Origin: Candidatus Bathyarchaeota archaeon
GTDB taxonomy: Archaea; Thermoproteota; Bathyarchaeia; Bathyarchaeales; Bathycorpusculaceae
Reading direction: 5' to 3'
DNA length: 64,000 nt
Assembly: GCA_963715865.1 (NCBI GenBank)
Contig: OY970280.1
Location: 896,001-960,000, forward strand
Below are positions 30,252-39,931 of the stretch, in pieces. Position numbers and translations under genes: made by a program. Positions within the stretch are counted from its first letter, which is position 1, and every line of letters begins with the position of its first letter. The notes under the pieces are model-generated. The model had not been told where the DNA came from and searched no databases. It saw only the letters and a list, made by a program, of their open reading frames with translations.

Positions 30252-30404
30252 TGGCAACGGAAAAGCAGAGTAGGAATTAACGTAAAATGCAGGATAACGA
30301 AGTCTATCGGCTCCGTTCTAAAGTTTGCCCACACATCATTAAGGCAGCTAGCCTAAAACGTTGATGCAACCAAGAAACATAAAAAAGGGAAAAAAGGGTG
30401 AGGT

Positions 30405-30773
30405 TTACTTTTCTTCTTGATCTGTTATTTCTGGCTTATAGCTCACATCACCCAATATATTATAGAAAATCGGGCCTACCTCAAGCATAGCGATTAGTTC
30501 CTTTCCATTCAGACCTTCCATTTCAGCGCGCACATTATCAAGCAAGTCATATTCTATTTCTTCCTCTACCTGGACGTCCCGCTGCCCAGCTTCGAAGCGT
30601 AGAAAAGCCATTATTCGCTTAGGCACTTTGATAGTCACTTGTTCATACTCAATGGGTGCTGTTTGTTCTGTTTTTGCGTTAGTATCATTCAAGCCCATAG
30701 TTTCTTTTTTCATATATTCTCTCTCCTTTTTAGCGGTTGTATGCTGGATATTAACATAAGTTTTATTTAACAC
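30405..30773 (-). CDS. Hypothetical protein, paralog of 26171-26440
   Basis: Shared motifs; the real start is probably an internal Met. Confidence 0.75.
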   Translation of the reverse strand: MLNKTYVNIQHTTAKKEREYMKKETMGLNDTNAKTEQTAPIEYEQVTIKVPKRIMAFLRFEAGQRDVQVEEEIEYDLLDNVRAEMEGLNGKELIAMLEVGPIFYNILGDVSYKPEITDQEEK

Positions 30774-30836
30774 TTGTGCATAACTGCATACTAAAGGACA
30801 TAAACGTAAAAAGGAAAGGTGATTAACATAAGTGTC

Positions 30837-30986
30837 ATGGTTAAGAAAAGAATAGCCGTCACAGTAAGCGATGATCTCTTAAAATGGGTTGACCGCAAGG
30901 TTAAGGAAACAACTTTCGCCAATAGAAGCCATGCGATAGAACATGCTTTAACTAAACTGAAAGAAGCTGAAGAAAAGAAACCTTAA
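30837..30986 (+). CDS. Ribbon-helix-helix (CopG-like) protein (49 aa, not in ORF track)
   Basis: MVKKRIAVTVSDDLLKWVDRKVKETTFANRSHAIEHALTKLKEAEEKKP. Confidence 0.82.
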   Translation: MVKKRIAVTVSDDLLKWVDRKVKETTFANRSHAIEHALTKLKEAEEKKP

Positions 30987-31096
30987 CCTCTCTTTATTTT
31001 TATGTATTTCTCGGAACTTTTCTTAGACTTTTTAAAATATTTTATACGGTATTCAGAAATCGCGTCATTTCTTTTCATGCCTTAACGATTTTTGAT

Positions 31097-31897
31097 TTAT
31101 TCTGTTGCTGCCGGCGTCGGAATTTTGTATTCTGTTACTGTTTTTGATTTATCTACTTTTAGGCTTGGTTGTGGTGGCGACGGTTCCTTTTTCGATGGTG
31201 CTATAAACCCAAGCTTGTTAACCTCTTTTTCTCCGCCTTGAGCATATACTCGTTGTACTGTGAGCTCCCTTGATTCTCTTGGCTCGATTTTACCTTGTAT
31301 TTCTTTTGCAGCTATTCTGTTGCTTCCTGCATCGGTTTCTTTGTCTCTTTCGGCCTTTTCTTTAGACGGCTTTTTTGGAGCATGAACTTTTTTGACTGCT
31401 TTCTTGATTAAATTAGAAAATGTCTCTTCCGATGGTTTAGCTGTCTTTTTATGAGGTAATTTTGGTTTTGTTTTCGGTTTCTGTTTTATTTTAGGTTTGC
31501 GTTTGGTTTTGCTCTTCTTTTTGCGTGCAGGCTTCTTTTTATGACGTGTTTTGTTGGGTAGCTTATCTTTGTCCTTGTCCTTATCTTTGTTAGAGCTTTC
31601 GGCTTTTAATGGTATATCTTTACTCTTGACAGTTTGCTTGACCTCTGTAGCCGATTCGTCTACATGCGGGCTATTACTGGGTTCTTTTGAGGTTTCTGAA
31701 GGTGCTTTACTTCCTGGTTCCTCAGGGGGGCTTCTTTTAAGTTGAGGTGGATCCCCTGCAGGATACGGAGCACCATCCGTATCCCTTCCATGTGTAGCTG
31801 TCCCTTTGCCTAAATATATTGAATGCACTTTTGAGCCGTCCCGTACGCTTTCATACATGTAAGGGCCGCATCCATAGATTAATCGGTCATACACCAT
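31097..31897 (-). CDS. Highly basic Lys/Pro-rich protein with a short N-terminal beta motif
   Basis: GPYMYESVRDGSKVHSIYLGK followed by low-complexity K-rich sequence. Confidence 0.65.
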   Translation of the reverse strand: MVYDRLIYGCGPYMYESVRDGSKVHSIYLGKGTATHGRDTDGAPYPAGDPPQLKRSPPEEPGSKAPSETSKEPSNSPHVDESATEVKQTVKSKDIPLKAESSNKDKDKDKDKLPNKTRHKKKPARKKKSKTKRKPKIKQKPKTKPKLPHKKTAKPSEETFSNLIKKAVKKVHAPKKPSKEKAERDKETDAGSNRIAAKEIQGKIEPRESRELTVQRVYAQGGEKEVNKLGFIAPSKKEPSPPQPSLKVDKSKTVTEYKIPTPAATE

Positions 31898-32075
31898 TAC
31901 ATTTACACTGCATATTGCTATCTATAGCCACTAATTTAATGCTTACGCTTTTTGAGTAGCTACCCAAAATTAAGTAATGCCTTATATTTACACTACAGAC
32001 AGTCAATAACATGGAAAGAAGCAAGTGTTTAGACTGGGTATATTAATGTAGAAAAGGCTTATCTCGATACATGGT

Positions 32076-32905
32076 TTAATCTTTTTTGTCGTTCCACTGT
32101 TCCGTCTTTTGTGTGCCATGCAAAGCGTAAAACTCCGCTGTTCTCTTGCTAATATCTAAAATGTTCGCTATGTCAACCAAGCTAGCGCCGTCCTCACTAG
32201 CAGCTGTACCCACTGAAGAACGCGAAAGATGCAACCAAATAAAGGGATTAACAAGCATAACACGCCGATAAACAAAACCCCCCGACATATAACCCCCAGG
32301 CACATTGTAAGTATAAGCTCTCAATTCTTCCGATCCATCTCTAAGAGTACATAAAGTATGAACGGTTTTTTGGCTGGGTTTTCGGTTATACGGGAAAAGA
32401 TATTCTGTTTTCCTTCTAGATGTTAAACGCCAAGTGTCCCATTCTTTAAGGTACTGAAGTATATAGGGCATAGCATAATGCTCTAAAGTTTTCTTATGAA
32501 GATACATTTTATTAACAACAGCTTTAGTTTTGCCTTCCTTCTTACCCACATAAAACCGAACAAACAAGTAACCGTCTTGTATCCAAATATCCCGACGCTT
32601 CAATCTGGAAATTTCATCTCTCCTCTTGCCCCACACGGCCGCAAACCCTAACCAAGCAGTAACCAAACACCAAACATTTCTTCAGCTTTGTTTAAGGTTT
32701 CAATCCATTCAGGTTTATAGATTATGTCAGATAACCCTCGAGCTTTTCGCATAGCTAACCTATACTCTTTGGTGTGCCTTGTCTTGATTAATACGCCGTC
32801 TTGCATGTACTCATATTCAATAGACTTCCTACCACTGCCTTTTCTCGATGAGTTAGACCTGGGTATTTGTGTAATAATGTTCTGTGTTTTCTCTAAGTTT
32901 GCCGT
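32076..32905 (-). pseudogene. Tyrosine recombinase interrupted by a -1 frameshift near 32667
   Basis: C-terminal frame has GKRRDEISRL, HLSR and a terminal Tyr; an upstream open frame (ATG 32806, open back to about 32905) joins as EEMFGV-LVTAW if one T is added. Confidence 0.65.
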
Positions 32906-33034
32906 TTGTTATCGCTCCTTTGGTGTCTTGCAGTTTACTATATCCACTGCTATATCTTTTAAAGATGTATCTTTAGCAGATACAAACATAACAGTGTTAT
33001 AATACATCCTTCCTATTTTAAAGTTATGGTTTTA

Positions 33035-33052
33035 ACTTACATGACTGTAAGT
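33035..33052. promoter_or_regulatory. Palindrome ACTTACA-TGAC-TGTAAGT, possible operator
   Basis: Perfect 7-bp arms in intergenic DNA upstream of the recombinase. Confidence 0.4.
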
Positions 33053-33280
33053 GTTGACAATCAACATTAGAACGATATTCTCATACTATCTACATACAGC
33101 AAGAATGAAAAATGAGAAAAATAATAGCCTTTAAACTCTACGTTTCTTTTTGTCTATAGCGTCGAACTTTGCGCTAATACTTTTCAATGATTCCTTAAGA
33201 GCAGCTATTGATTCAGCGCTAGCCACATAAACGTTTGATTCCTGTCATTGTTCTTTTTAGTTCTTTCTGGATTGGTACAA

Positions 33281-33940
33281 CTAAATGTCTCGGTCAAAGC
33301 GCGCGCCGATAGCTTTGGAAATTAGATCAAATTTGTCTCTTTCACGATTGCATATTTTTTGAATTGTTTTTACAATTTCCTTGTTTTCAGGAGAGACGTT
33401 CTTTAGTATCTCGCTCATTTCAGTTTTGCTGATAAAATTTGTAATTTTGAATTTAGAAGCAATGGACGCGTCCAAAATAGCAATTGTGAGAGCTTCATAA
33501 AAGTAATTTTCGTTAAAGAACTTTAAGTTTACTTTAGGCTTCAACTTTAATAAAGCATCAGCTAAACTCTCTGAAGGAATACCGTATAGAAATGATGGGA
33601 ATTTGTTTTTTTGAAAATAGTACTTAACTGCTTTACTCAGTTCTTCTTTTTGCAGGTCTCCATCAATTATCAGAGTAGCTAATCCTCTTGGCGTAAATGT
33701 TGGTGACTGTGCGCCTCTTTTGTCTAGTTTTCCATTCTTTCTTAATGTTTTAGTCGCGTTCAAAAGACCATCTTGCCGCATCTTTTTAATATGACGAAAA
33801 ACCGTTGCGTAATTCGATTGTTTCCCAGTTTCTTTAAGGGTTTTCTCTAATCCGTACATGCTTTGCTGTGAGTCAAACAAAGCCAACATTATTTCTTTAT
33901 CTAACCTATCCATTTTTCCACCTTTTTTAAATATAATCAA
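33281..33940 (-). CDS. Winged-helix transcriptional regulator
   Basis: DKEIMLAL...YATVFRHIKKMRQDGLL...FTPRG; divergent from the replication module. Confidence 0.7.
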   Translation of the reverse strand: MIIFKKGGKMDRLDKEIMLALFDSQQSMYGLEKTLKETGKQSNYATVFRHIKKMRQDGLLNATKTLRKNGKLDKRGAQSPTFTPRGLATLIIDGDLQKEELSKAVKYYFQKNKFPSFLYGIPSESLADALLKLKPKVNLKFFNENYFYEALTIAILDASIASKFKITNFISKTEMSEILKNVSPENKEIVKTIQKICNRERDKFDLISKAIGARFDRDI

Positions 33941-33998
33941 TTCACATGGTAATTATGTACATAAAGCGAATATATAACGGTTATTATTTTGTTAATAC

Positions 33999-34184
33999 AT
34001 GCCAATCATTAGAAAACTCTTGGAAGTTGGTAATAGTCGAAGCATAACTCTGCCTAAATCATGGCTTGAAAATGCAGAGCAAGAAGAAGGCAAAAAAATA
34101 ATCGCTGTAACGATGGAAGTCAACGGACAAATAACGATAGCTCCAGTTTTTGAAAAGAAAAACGAGCCTATCCCAGCCCAATAA
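33999..34184 (+). CDS. AbrB/MazE-like DNA-binding protein
   Basis: RKLLEVGNSRSITLPKSWL. Confidence 0.82.
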   Translation: MPIIRKLLEVGNSRSITLPKSWLENAEQEEGKKIIAVTMEVNGQITIAPVFEKKNEPIPAQ

Positions 34185-34476
34185 TCAAAAAACTAACTGT
34201 GGAAGGGCAGGTTCCACAAAAATGACTATAAGAATACAACCCTTAAAAAACTTTGCCAAAATGGAACGACATCACAGATTCCCAGATGCATGCTTGGTGT
34301 TATGTGACGGCAGCCCTAGCGGAAAAACTCTAAACGAATATCTGCCTAAAAAAGTTAAGTTTGAAAGATGTTGCCAGTGTTTGCATTTTAAGAAACGTTG
34401 CGATTTAGGCTATGTCGTAAGCGCAAACTCTAGGCCCTGCAAGCAGGGAACACCATACGGCAGGCAAAAGCCATGA
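34150..34476 (+). CDS. Hypothetical Cys-containing protein
   Basis: CCQCLHFKKRCDLG; start uncertain. Confidence 0.45.
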   Translation: MKRKTSLSQPNNQKTNCGRAGSTKMTIRIQPLKNFAKMERHHRFPDACLVLCDGSPSGKTLNEYLPKKVKFERCCQCLHFKKRCDLGYVVSANSRPCKQGTPYGRQKP

Positions 34477-34609
34477 CTGAATCGGTGCCAGGTTGCTATA
34501 CAAATTATCCACATGCACTAGCGCCTAATAACTGCCGAAAATGCGATACAGAATTAAAAAGCCAATGTCAACTGATCGCGGTAAATAAGCCAAAAACGGA
34601 GCTTCTAAA

Positions 34610-37159
34610 ATGACTGAGCAGCAGGAACTTAAGGCAGCGGCAGAGGTTTATCACGAGTTAGGCATGTCCATTATACCTTTTTACATTAACCCTCAAGCCG
34701 ATGCTAACGGAGTACATGACAAAAAACCGATAATAACCACTTATGCACAATGGCAAACAACACCACAGACAGACGAAGAGTTTAAGGGCCTAGACTGGAG
34801 AGGATGTAACGGTTTTGGCATACTGTTAGGCAAGAAAGCCAAAAATGGTTTATACCTTTCTGCTATTGACTTCGACACAAAAAACAACAAAAAGACCCCT
34901 GAAGAACGCGAAGCCTACGAAAAAGCAATAATCAAAGGGAAAGAAATCTTTAACGACTTTCCAGTAACCATGATAGAAAAGACCGTTAATGACGGATTGC
35001 ATAAGCTCTATTGGAGTAAGATTAAACCAAAAATCGAAGGCACTTTTCACGATACGATAGCCCTTGAGCTTTTAGGAGAGAATAAACTCTGTGTTATGCG
35101 TCCTTCATACGGTTATACTAATATAGGCTCTGATGTAATAACTGAAGTTGAGAACTTAGAAGAAACTTTTTACTATATTCTAAAACAGCATGGTTTCAGT
35201 CTTGATGAAGAAACAGAAATAGCAAACCAACAAGATAATTACAGCTTCGAGATCAGTAAGATTGTTGACTTATCCAAACTGGAAAAGCAAGCAAACGGCT
35301 ATGAATACCAAGGCTCTCACCCGATCCACGACAGCACAACGGAAAAGAATTTTTGCGTAAACACCAAAACTAACACATGGTTCTGCTTTAGACACAACAG
35401 CGGAGGCGGTGTACTTCAATATTTAGCCATGAAGGACGGCTTAATCAAGTGCGAACAAGCCAAAAAAGGCGCGCTTAGAGGAAAGAAGTTTAAAGACGTT
35501 CTTGAGTTAGCAGTCGCTAGTCACTTGTTAGACGAAAAGGTACTCACTCAGAGCGAAATTAACCCGGTGATTTTGGCTAAAGATATCATGGAAGATTATG
35601 TTTTTGTGGTTGACAGAGAAGCAGACGAACTTTATTTCTATGATGAATCTGAAGGCATATATTCCAATATGACTGAGCAGTTTCTTAGAAGGCAAATTAC
35701 AAAGCGTCTTGATGAAAATTTCAAATCCCGATATCAGACAGAAATAACCGAGTTTATCCTAGGCATAGCACCGCTCGTTATAATGAATTCTGCAAAACCT
35801 GAAATGCTACCGATAAAAAACGGTTTATTAAATGTCCTAACTAAAGAGTTCTCAGAGTACACTTCAGACGTTTACATAACCAATAAACTAACCGATGTTA
35901 CCTTTAATCCTGCAGAGCAAAGCACCGTTTGGCACGACTTTTTGAATCAAGTATTACCAAATAAAATACAGCAAAGACAGCTCCAGCAACTCATAGGACA
36001 TTGCCTTATCAAAGCAATCTTAACGGAAACATGTGTTATTTTACTTGGAAAAGGTGCTAACGGTAAAACTATTTTCTTACTAACTATCACTAAGTTTCTT
36101 GGAGGCTCAAACAACGTTAGCAGCCACTCAATACAAGCCTTATGCTACGACAAATTCATAACTGGAGAAATCAGAGGCAAACTTGCTAATATTTGCGCTG
36201 ACCTACCGCATAAAGAACTCTTAAACACAGCAATTTTTAGAGGCTTAACGTCCGGTGACAGTTTACAAGGCTATATCAAACACGTTCAAAAAACCGTATC
36301 ATTCATACCGACAGCTAAATATATCTTTTCAGCTAACCAAACGCCTCCAGTAGCCAATGAAGAGGACTGTTACGCATGGTACAGACGTTTCGTTTTTGCA
36401 GATTTTAACGTAACTTTCACCGGTGAAAACGCGAAGCCACGACAAGAATTATTAAACAGCCTATCAACTCCAGCCGTATTCAGCGAAATCTTGAATTGGG
36501 CCTTAGACGGTCTAGCTGACTTAATTAAAAACAAATGTGAAATCTCAGAACGCCCAACAGTGGAATACATAACACACCAATACATACTCCGCTCAGATAC
36601 AGCCCTAGCATATTTTGAGGAAAAAGTAACAATCACGGATAACTCTACAGACTTCGTTTTTACAGATGATTGGCATAGAGATTATGTAACTTACTGTCAT
36701 AACACCGATTTGAAACCTAAAAATCAAGGCGAATTCATTGAAACAGTAAAACAACATTTACCAGGTGCCGAACACTGTAGAATTCGGCCCTACTATGCAA
36801 AAGGTGACCATAAACCGAGTGCTTTATCAGCCTATCGTTATGTTAAAATCGTGAAAAGTGTACCACGTGTACCAGATGTACTGGCTCCCGAAATTATAAC
36901 GCCAAAACAAGAAAAAAAACAACTAGGTGATTTTACTATTTCAGGGGGAATAATTCCAGAAGCCAGTACACCCAGTACCAGTGGTACACAACGAGAGAGA
37001 ATTCAGCGAACTTATGATTTAATCAAGCAACAATACAAAAAATCAAGTATGCCTTTAGAAGTTAAGACAATAGAAGATCAAGAGGCAGTTACGCAACTTA
37101 TCCGGGAAAGTAAGGTGTTTTTCACTCAAGCTGGGTATATAGCGCCAACGGAGGCTTAA
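34610..37159 (+). CDS. Prim-Pol primase/polymerase + Zn-binding domain + D5/P4-type SF3 helicase
   Basis: MSIIP...KKP, IDFD, GLHKLY; HPIHD...WFCFRH; GKGANGKT Walker A; SANQTP, WYRR. Confidence 0.9.
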   Translation: MTEQQELKAAAEVYHELGMSIIPFYINPQADANGVHDKKPIITTYAQWQTTPQTDEEFKGLDWRGCNGFGILLGKKAKNGLYLSAIDFDTKNNKKTPEEREAYEKAIIKGKEIFNDFPVTMIEKTVNDGLHKLYWSKIKPKIEGTFHDTIALELLGENKLCVMRPSYGYTNIGSDVITEVENLEETFYYILKQHGFSLDEETEIANQQDNYSFEISKIVDLSKLEKQANGYEYQGSHPIHDSTTEKNFCVNTKTNTWFCFRHNSGGGVLQYLAMKDGLIKCEQAKKGALRGKKFKDVLELAVASHLLDEKVLTQSEINPVILAKDIMEDYVFVVDREADELYFYDESEGIYSNMTEQFLRRQITKRLDENFKSRYQTEITEFILGIAPLVIMNSAKPEMLPIKNGLLNVLTKEFSEYTSDVYITNKLTDVTFNPAEQSTVWHDFLNQVLPNKIQQRQLQQLIGHCLIKAILTETCVILLGKGANGKTIFLLTITKFLGGSNNVSSHSIQALCYDKFITGEIRGKLANICADLPHKELLNTAIFRGLTSGDSLQGYIKHVQKTVSFIPTAKYIFSANQTPPVANEEDCYAWYRRFVFADFNVTFTGENAKPRQELLNSLSTPAVFSEILNWALDGLADLIKNKCEISERPTVEYITHQYILRSDTALAYFEEKVTITDNSTDFVFTDDWHRDYVTYCHNTDLKPKNQGEFIETVKQHLPGAEHCRIRPYYAKGDHKPSALSAYRYVKIVKSVPRVPDVLAPEIITPKQEKKQLGDFTISGGIIPEASTPSTSGTQRERIQRTYDLIKQQYKKSSMPLEVKTIEDQEAVTQLIRESKVFFTQAGYIAPTEA

Positions 37160-37160
37160 G

Positions 37161-38348
37161 ATGGAAGCCCAAGCCGTTATTAAGTGTCCTGAATGCGGCA
37201 GCGAGAAATTCTTTAAAGACGGGGTAAGGAAACTTTCAAACAAGCAAGAAAAACAGCGTTATGTTTGCCGTGTATGTGGCTACAGATATACATACCCTAC
37301 TAGCTTAAATTCTGTCTCGGACAATTCAGTGAGCAGCCAAATATGCGTCGCGGAGACGAAAAATTTGGAACCAGTGCAGAAAACAAAAGGAAAACTATTC
37401 TGTGCTGGAGATGCAAAACTAAGTGCTGACACCAAAGGATTACTAACACAGTTCTACGCCTACCTAGAAAAAGAAGCCTATTCTGTTGAAAGCGATTACG
37501 TTGATAAAGTTAAGCACCTTGCCGTTCTTGGAGCTAACATTCGCGATCCAGAACACGTTAAAACCGTAATCGGACACATGCAACGGAAAGACGGCCAAAA
37601 AACTAAAAACGGCACTAAAATGCTGTACTGTTATTCCTATGATGCTTTTGTTAAAATGCTTAAAATTCAGTGGGATATGCCTACCTACGTTCAAGAGGAC
37701 CATGATCCTTTTGTTCCTGACGAAACCGAATTAGACGCATTAATCAGCTCTGCTAAATCTAAACTGTTAGCCGCTTACCTACAATGCCTAAAAGAAACGT
37801 TTGGCGACCCCGGCGAAGTGTTAAGAATCAAATATTTAGACGTTGACACCAACAACAAGGCAATAAGCATACGTTACCCCGTAAAAAATCACCTACCACG
37901 AACCCTTCAAGTATCAAACCGACTGTTAGCCATGATTGAAGCACTACCAAAAAAAGACGATAGAGTTTTCCCGACATCTTACGCAAACATGCTTAGACGT
38001 TTCGTGACTATGCGCAAAAGAACGGCTGATATCCACCAAAACCCCAGGCTATTAGCGGTTGACTTCACAGCCTTTAGAACTTGGGCTGGAACCATGATCG
38101 CCTACCACACAAACGGAAACGTGCTAATAGTTAAGAAACTGCTAGGCCACAAACAAATCAAAAACACAATGAAGTACATAGGCAAAATACAGTTCCAAAG
38201 CCAAGACTTTGAAACAACAAGCGCGTCAACCGTTGAGGACATCTTAAAATTGGGTTCTCAAGGCTGGATAGAATACTCAGTTGATAAAATCAACAATGTT
38301 GAATATCACTGTTTCAAGAAGCCTAAGAGGTTTAGCACTTATGTCTAA
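37161..38348 (+). CDS. Zn-ribbon-fused tyrosine recombinase with a degenerate active site
   Basis: CPECG...QRYVCRVCG N-terminus; KETFGDPGE, FTAFRTW, LGHKQIKNTMKY. Confidence 0.8.
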   Translation: MEAQAVIKCPECGSEKFFKDGVRKLSNKQEKQRYVCRVCGYRYTYPTSLNSVSDNSVSSQICVAETKNLEPVQKTKGKLFCAGDAKLSADTKGLLTQFYAYLEKEAYSVESDYVDKVKHLAVLGANIRDPEHVKTVIGHMQRKDGQKTKNGTKMLYCYSYDAFVKMLKIQWDMPTYVQEDHDPFVPDETELDALISSAKSKLLAAYLQCLKETFGDPGEVLRIKYLDVDTNNKAISIRYPVKNHLPRTLQVSNRLLAMIEALPKKDDRVFPTSYANMLRRFVTMRKRTADIHQNPRLLAVDFTAFRTWAGTMIAYHTNGNVLIVKKLLGHKQIKNTMKYIGKIQFQSQDFETTSASTVEDILKLGSQGWIEYSVDKINNVEYHCFKKPKRFSTYV

Positions 38349-38374
38349 AATGTTAGTAGTAAGAATAAATCAAC

Positions 38375-38806
38375 ATGAAAGTTGGAACAGAAAGGCTTTT
38401 CCACACACAGGTTGATAACACTTTAGGGAAGAGAGCGAGCGACATGAGCATTGGACAAGAACAGCCGAAGTCTAGGGTACATTTGGTTGAGTTATCGGTT
38501 CAGTACTTCAAAAAGGAAGGCTATAAGGTTAACAGGGAAAACGTAGTGCTTGAAGGCTACAGCGGCAATACCAGGCACTTTGACCTCATCGTACAGAAAG
38601 GCCGCGTGGAGCAAGGCGTTTGGGTCAGGGACTGGAACAGAACCATAGGCGTAAACTTAATCATCGGCTTGGACACGTCTTCTGAAGATGTTGGCTTAGG
38701 CAGCCCCATCATGATTGGCGAGAAATTCAGTGATCATGCCAAATCATATTCGAACAGGCGAAAAATTACGTTGTTGACTAAGCAGAAATTAGGCAGCTTC
38801 AGGTAG
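38375..38806 (+). CDS. Mrr-like PD-(D/E)xK-fold protein
   Basis: GYSGNTRHFDLIV, FSDHAKSY; ATG near 38444 is the likely start. Confidence 0.65.
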   Translation: MKVGTERLFHTQVDNTLGKRASDMSIGQEQPKSRVHLVELSVQYFKKEGYKVNRENVVLEGYSGNTRHFDLIVQKGRVEQGVWVRDWNRTIGVNLIIGLDTSSEDVGLGSPIMIGEKFSDHAKSYSNRRKITLLTKQKLGSFR

Positions 38807-38966
38807 TCAAAAGGAACTTTTCCTGCTTATTTTAGCTCTTGATAAGCTATTTGTGCGTGCACAGACCTCCCCCCGGGTCTACTATATGCTTCTAATATGC
38901 CCAACTATGTTTCAACATTAGGTTGCATAGACTTGTCTGACTGCAATTCTGCTGAAATTCCAATAA

Positions 38967-39551
38967 TTAGGCTTTCAAGTACTGGTCTGTTAAGCCTTCC
39001 CGTTCAAGCATGCCCAGCCAATCAACAATGCCACTGTAGCATTTCTTGCCATTTTCCAAAACATCCATGATGTCACCTACGACTTCTTCAACCGTTCTGC
39101 CTGTCACATCTAACTCGCAAACCTTGCCCGACTGCGACTGCACAGCTTCGATGAGGCAAACGTCGAGGATTTCAGCGGACAGGTTCTCCCAAAGCTTGGC
39201 GCCTTCAAAACCGCATTTTTCCATGAACCGTTTTAGTTCTTTGGGGTTTCGACGCAAAACAAAAACGTTGGTGACAAGGTTTGCCGGGGTCACAGCGCTG
39301 GCATAATGCCCGTCGATGATGACGTTTGCTTTGTCTGTGGCGTTTATGGTTTCGGCGAGTTTTTGGCGCATTTTTTCTTCGTCGATTATGATTGTTTTTC
39401 TTTGTTTGTCTTCGCCTGACGTTAAGCTGTGCGTTTTGGCGTAATCGGTCAAGTTAAGGTACAGGGCATCCAGTTTGGCGGTTAACTGTTTTGCAGTGGT
39501 TGTTTTTCCAGTGCATGGTGTGCCGGTTATTAGGATGACGCGTTTATTCAT
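38967..39551 (-). CDS. Adenylate kinase, AK6/Fap7-like
   Basis: GTPCTGKTT, IIDGHY, VFVLRRNP. Confidence 0.88.
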   Translation of the reverse strand: MNKRVILITGTPCTGKTTTAKQLTAKLDALYLNLTDYAKTHSLTSGEDKQRKTIIIDEEKMRQKLAETINATDKANVIIDGHYASAVTPANLVTNVFVLRRNPKELKRFMEKCGFEGAKLWENLSAEILDVCLIEAVQSQSGKVCELDVTGRTVEEVVGDIMDVLENGKKCYSGIVDWLGMLEREGLTDQYLKA

Positions 39552-39617
39552 GAATAGTACTGATGAGTTGGGAAATTCTTATTGCTTCCGATAGCGCATA
39601 TAGGTGTGGGCTGGCGA

Positions 39618-39914
39618 GTTGGTGTGTGGCTTTCGGACCCAAAAAATGCTGGGTCTGAGGAAACTCCGCCCACGTGTAGAATTGCAGTGCCCCAAGGGTA
39701 CAGGGCGAGAGCCTTGGCTACGGAGCAGAAACGAAACGTCCAATTGGACTTGGCGATGAGACATTTGTGATGTCGAGTGTGCCAGTTTGGAAGCGGTGAA
39801 ACGGCCGTCCTGCAAGTGGAAAGGGCAAACAGTCGCTGATGAGGAATCTACCTGAAGGCGCGGGTAGCCCGATTAGCCGAATGCCACAATAACAGAAGGC
39901 GGGTTACAACCAAC
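39618..39914 (+). ncRNA. rnpB: RNase P RNA (archaeal)
   Basis: GAGGAAACTCC, CAGAAACG, GGTGAAACGGCC and AACAGAAGGCGGGTTA conserved regions; P1 GTTGGTG/C(A)ACCAAC; P2 TGTGGC/GCCACA; ends may extend a few nt. Confidence 0.92.
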
Positions 39915-39920
39915 ACACCA
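39896..39920 (+). repeat. att copy 1, AAGGCGGGTTACAACCAACACACCA (3' end of rnpB)
   Basis: Identical 25-mer at 44436 and 50952. Confidence 0.95.
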
Positions 39921-39931
39921 CCCCAAATCAC

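Larger units (their letters stand above)
25604..38399. mobile_element. Integrated provirus- or plasmid-like element (~12.7 kb)
   Basis: Primase-helicase, two tyrosine recombinases, several small regulators and a large surface protein lie between core genes; the ends are tentatively set at a 10-bp direct repeat GAAAGGCTTT (25604-25613, 38390-38399). Confidence 0.75.

Noticed and set aside
38820-38965. Possible ncRNA (hairpin AGACC-TCCCCCCG-GGTCT) between convergent genes
   Set aside because: A single short stem with no recognisable box or family motifs.
39579-39815. ORFs 39579-39815 (-) and 39582-39770 (+)
   Set aside because: They overlap the RNase P RNA gene.
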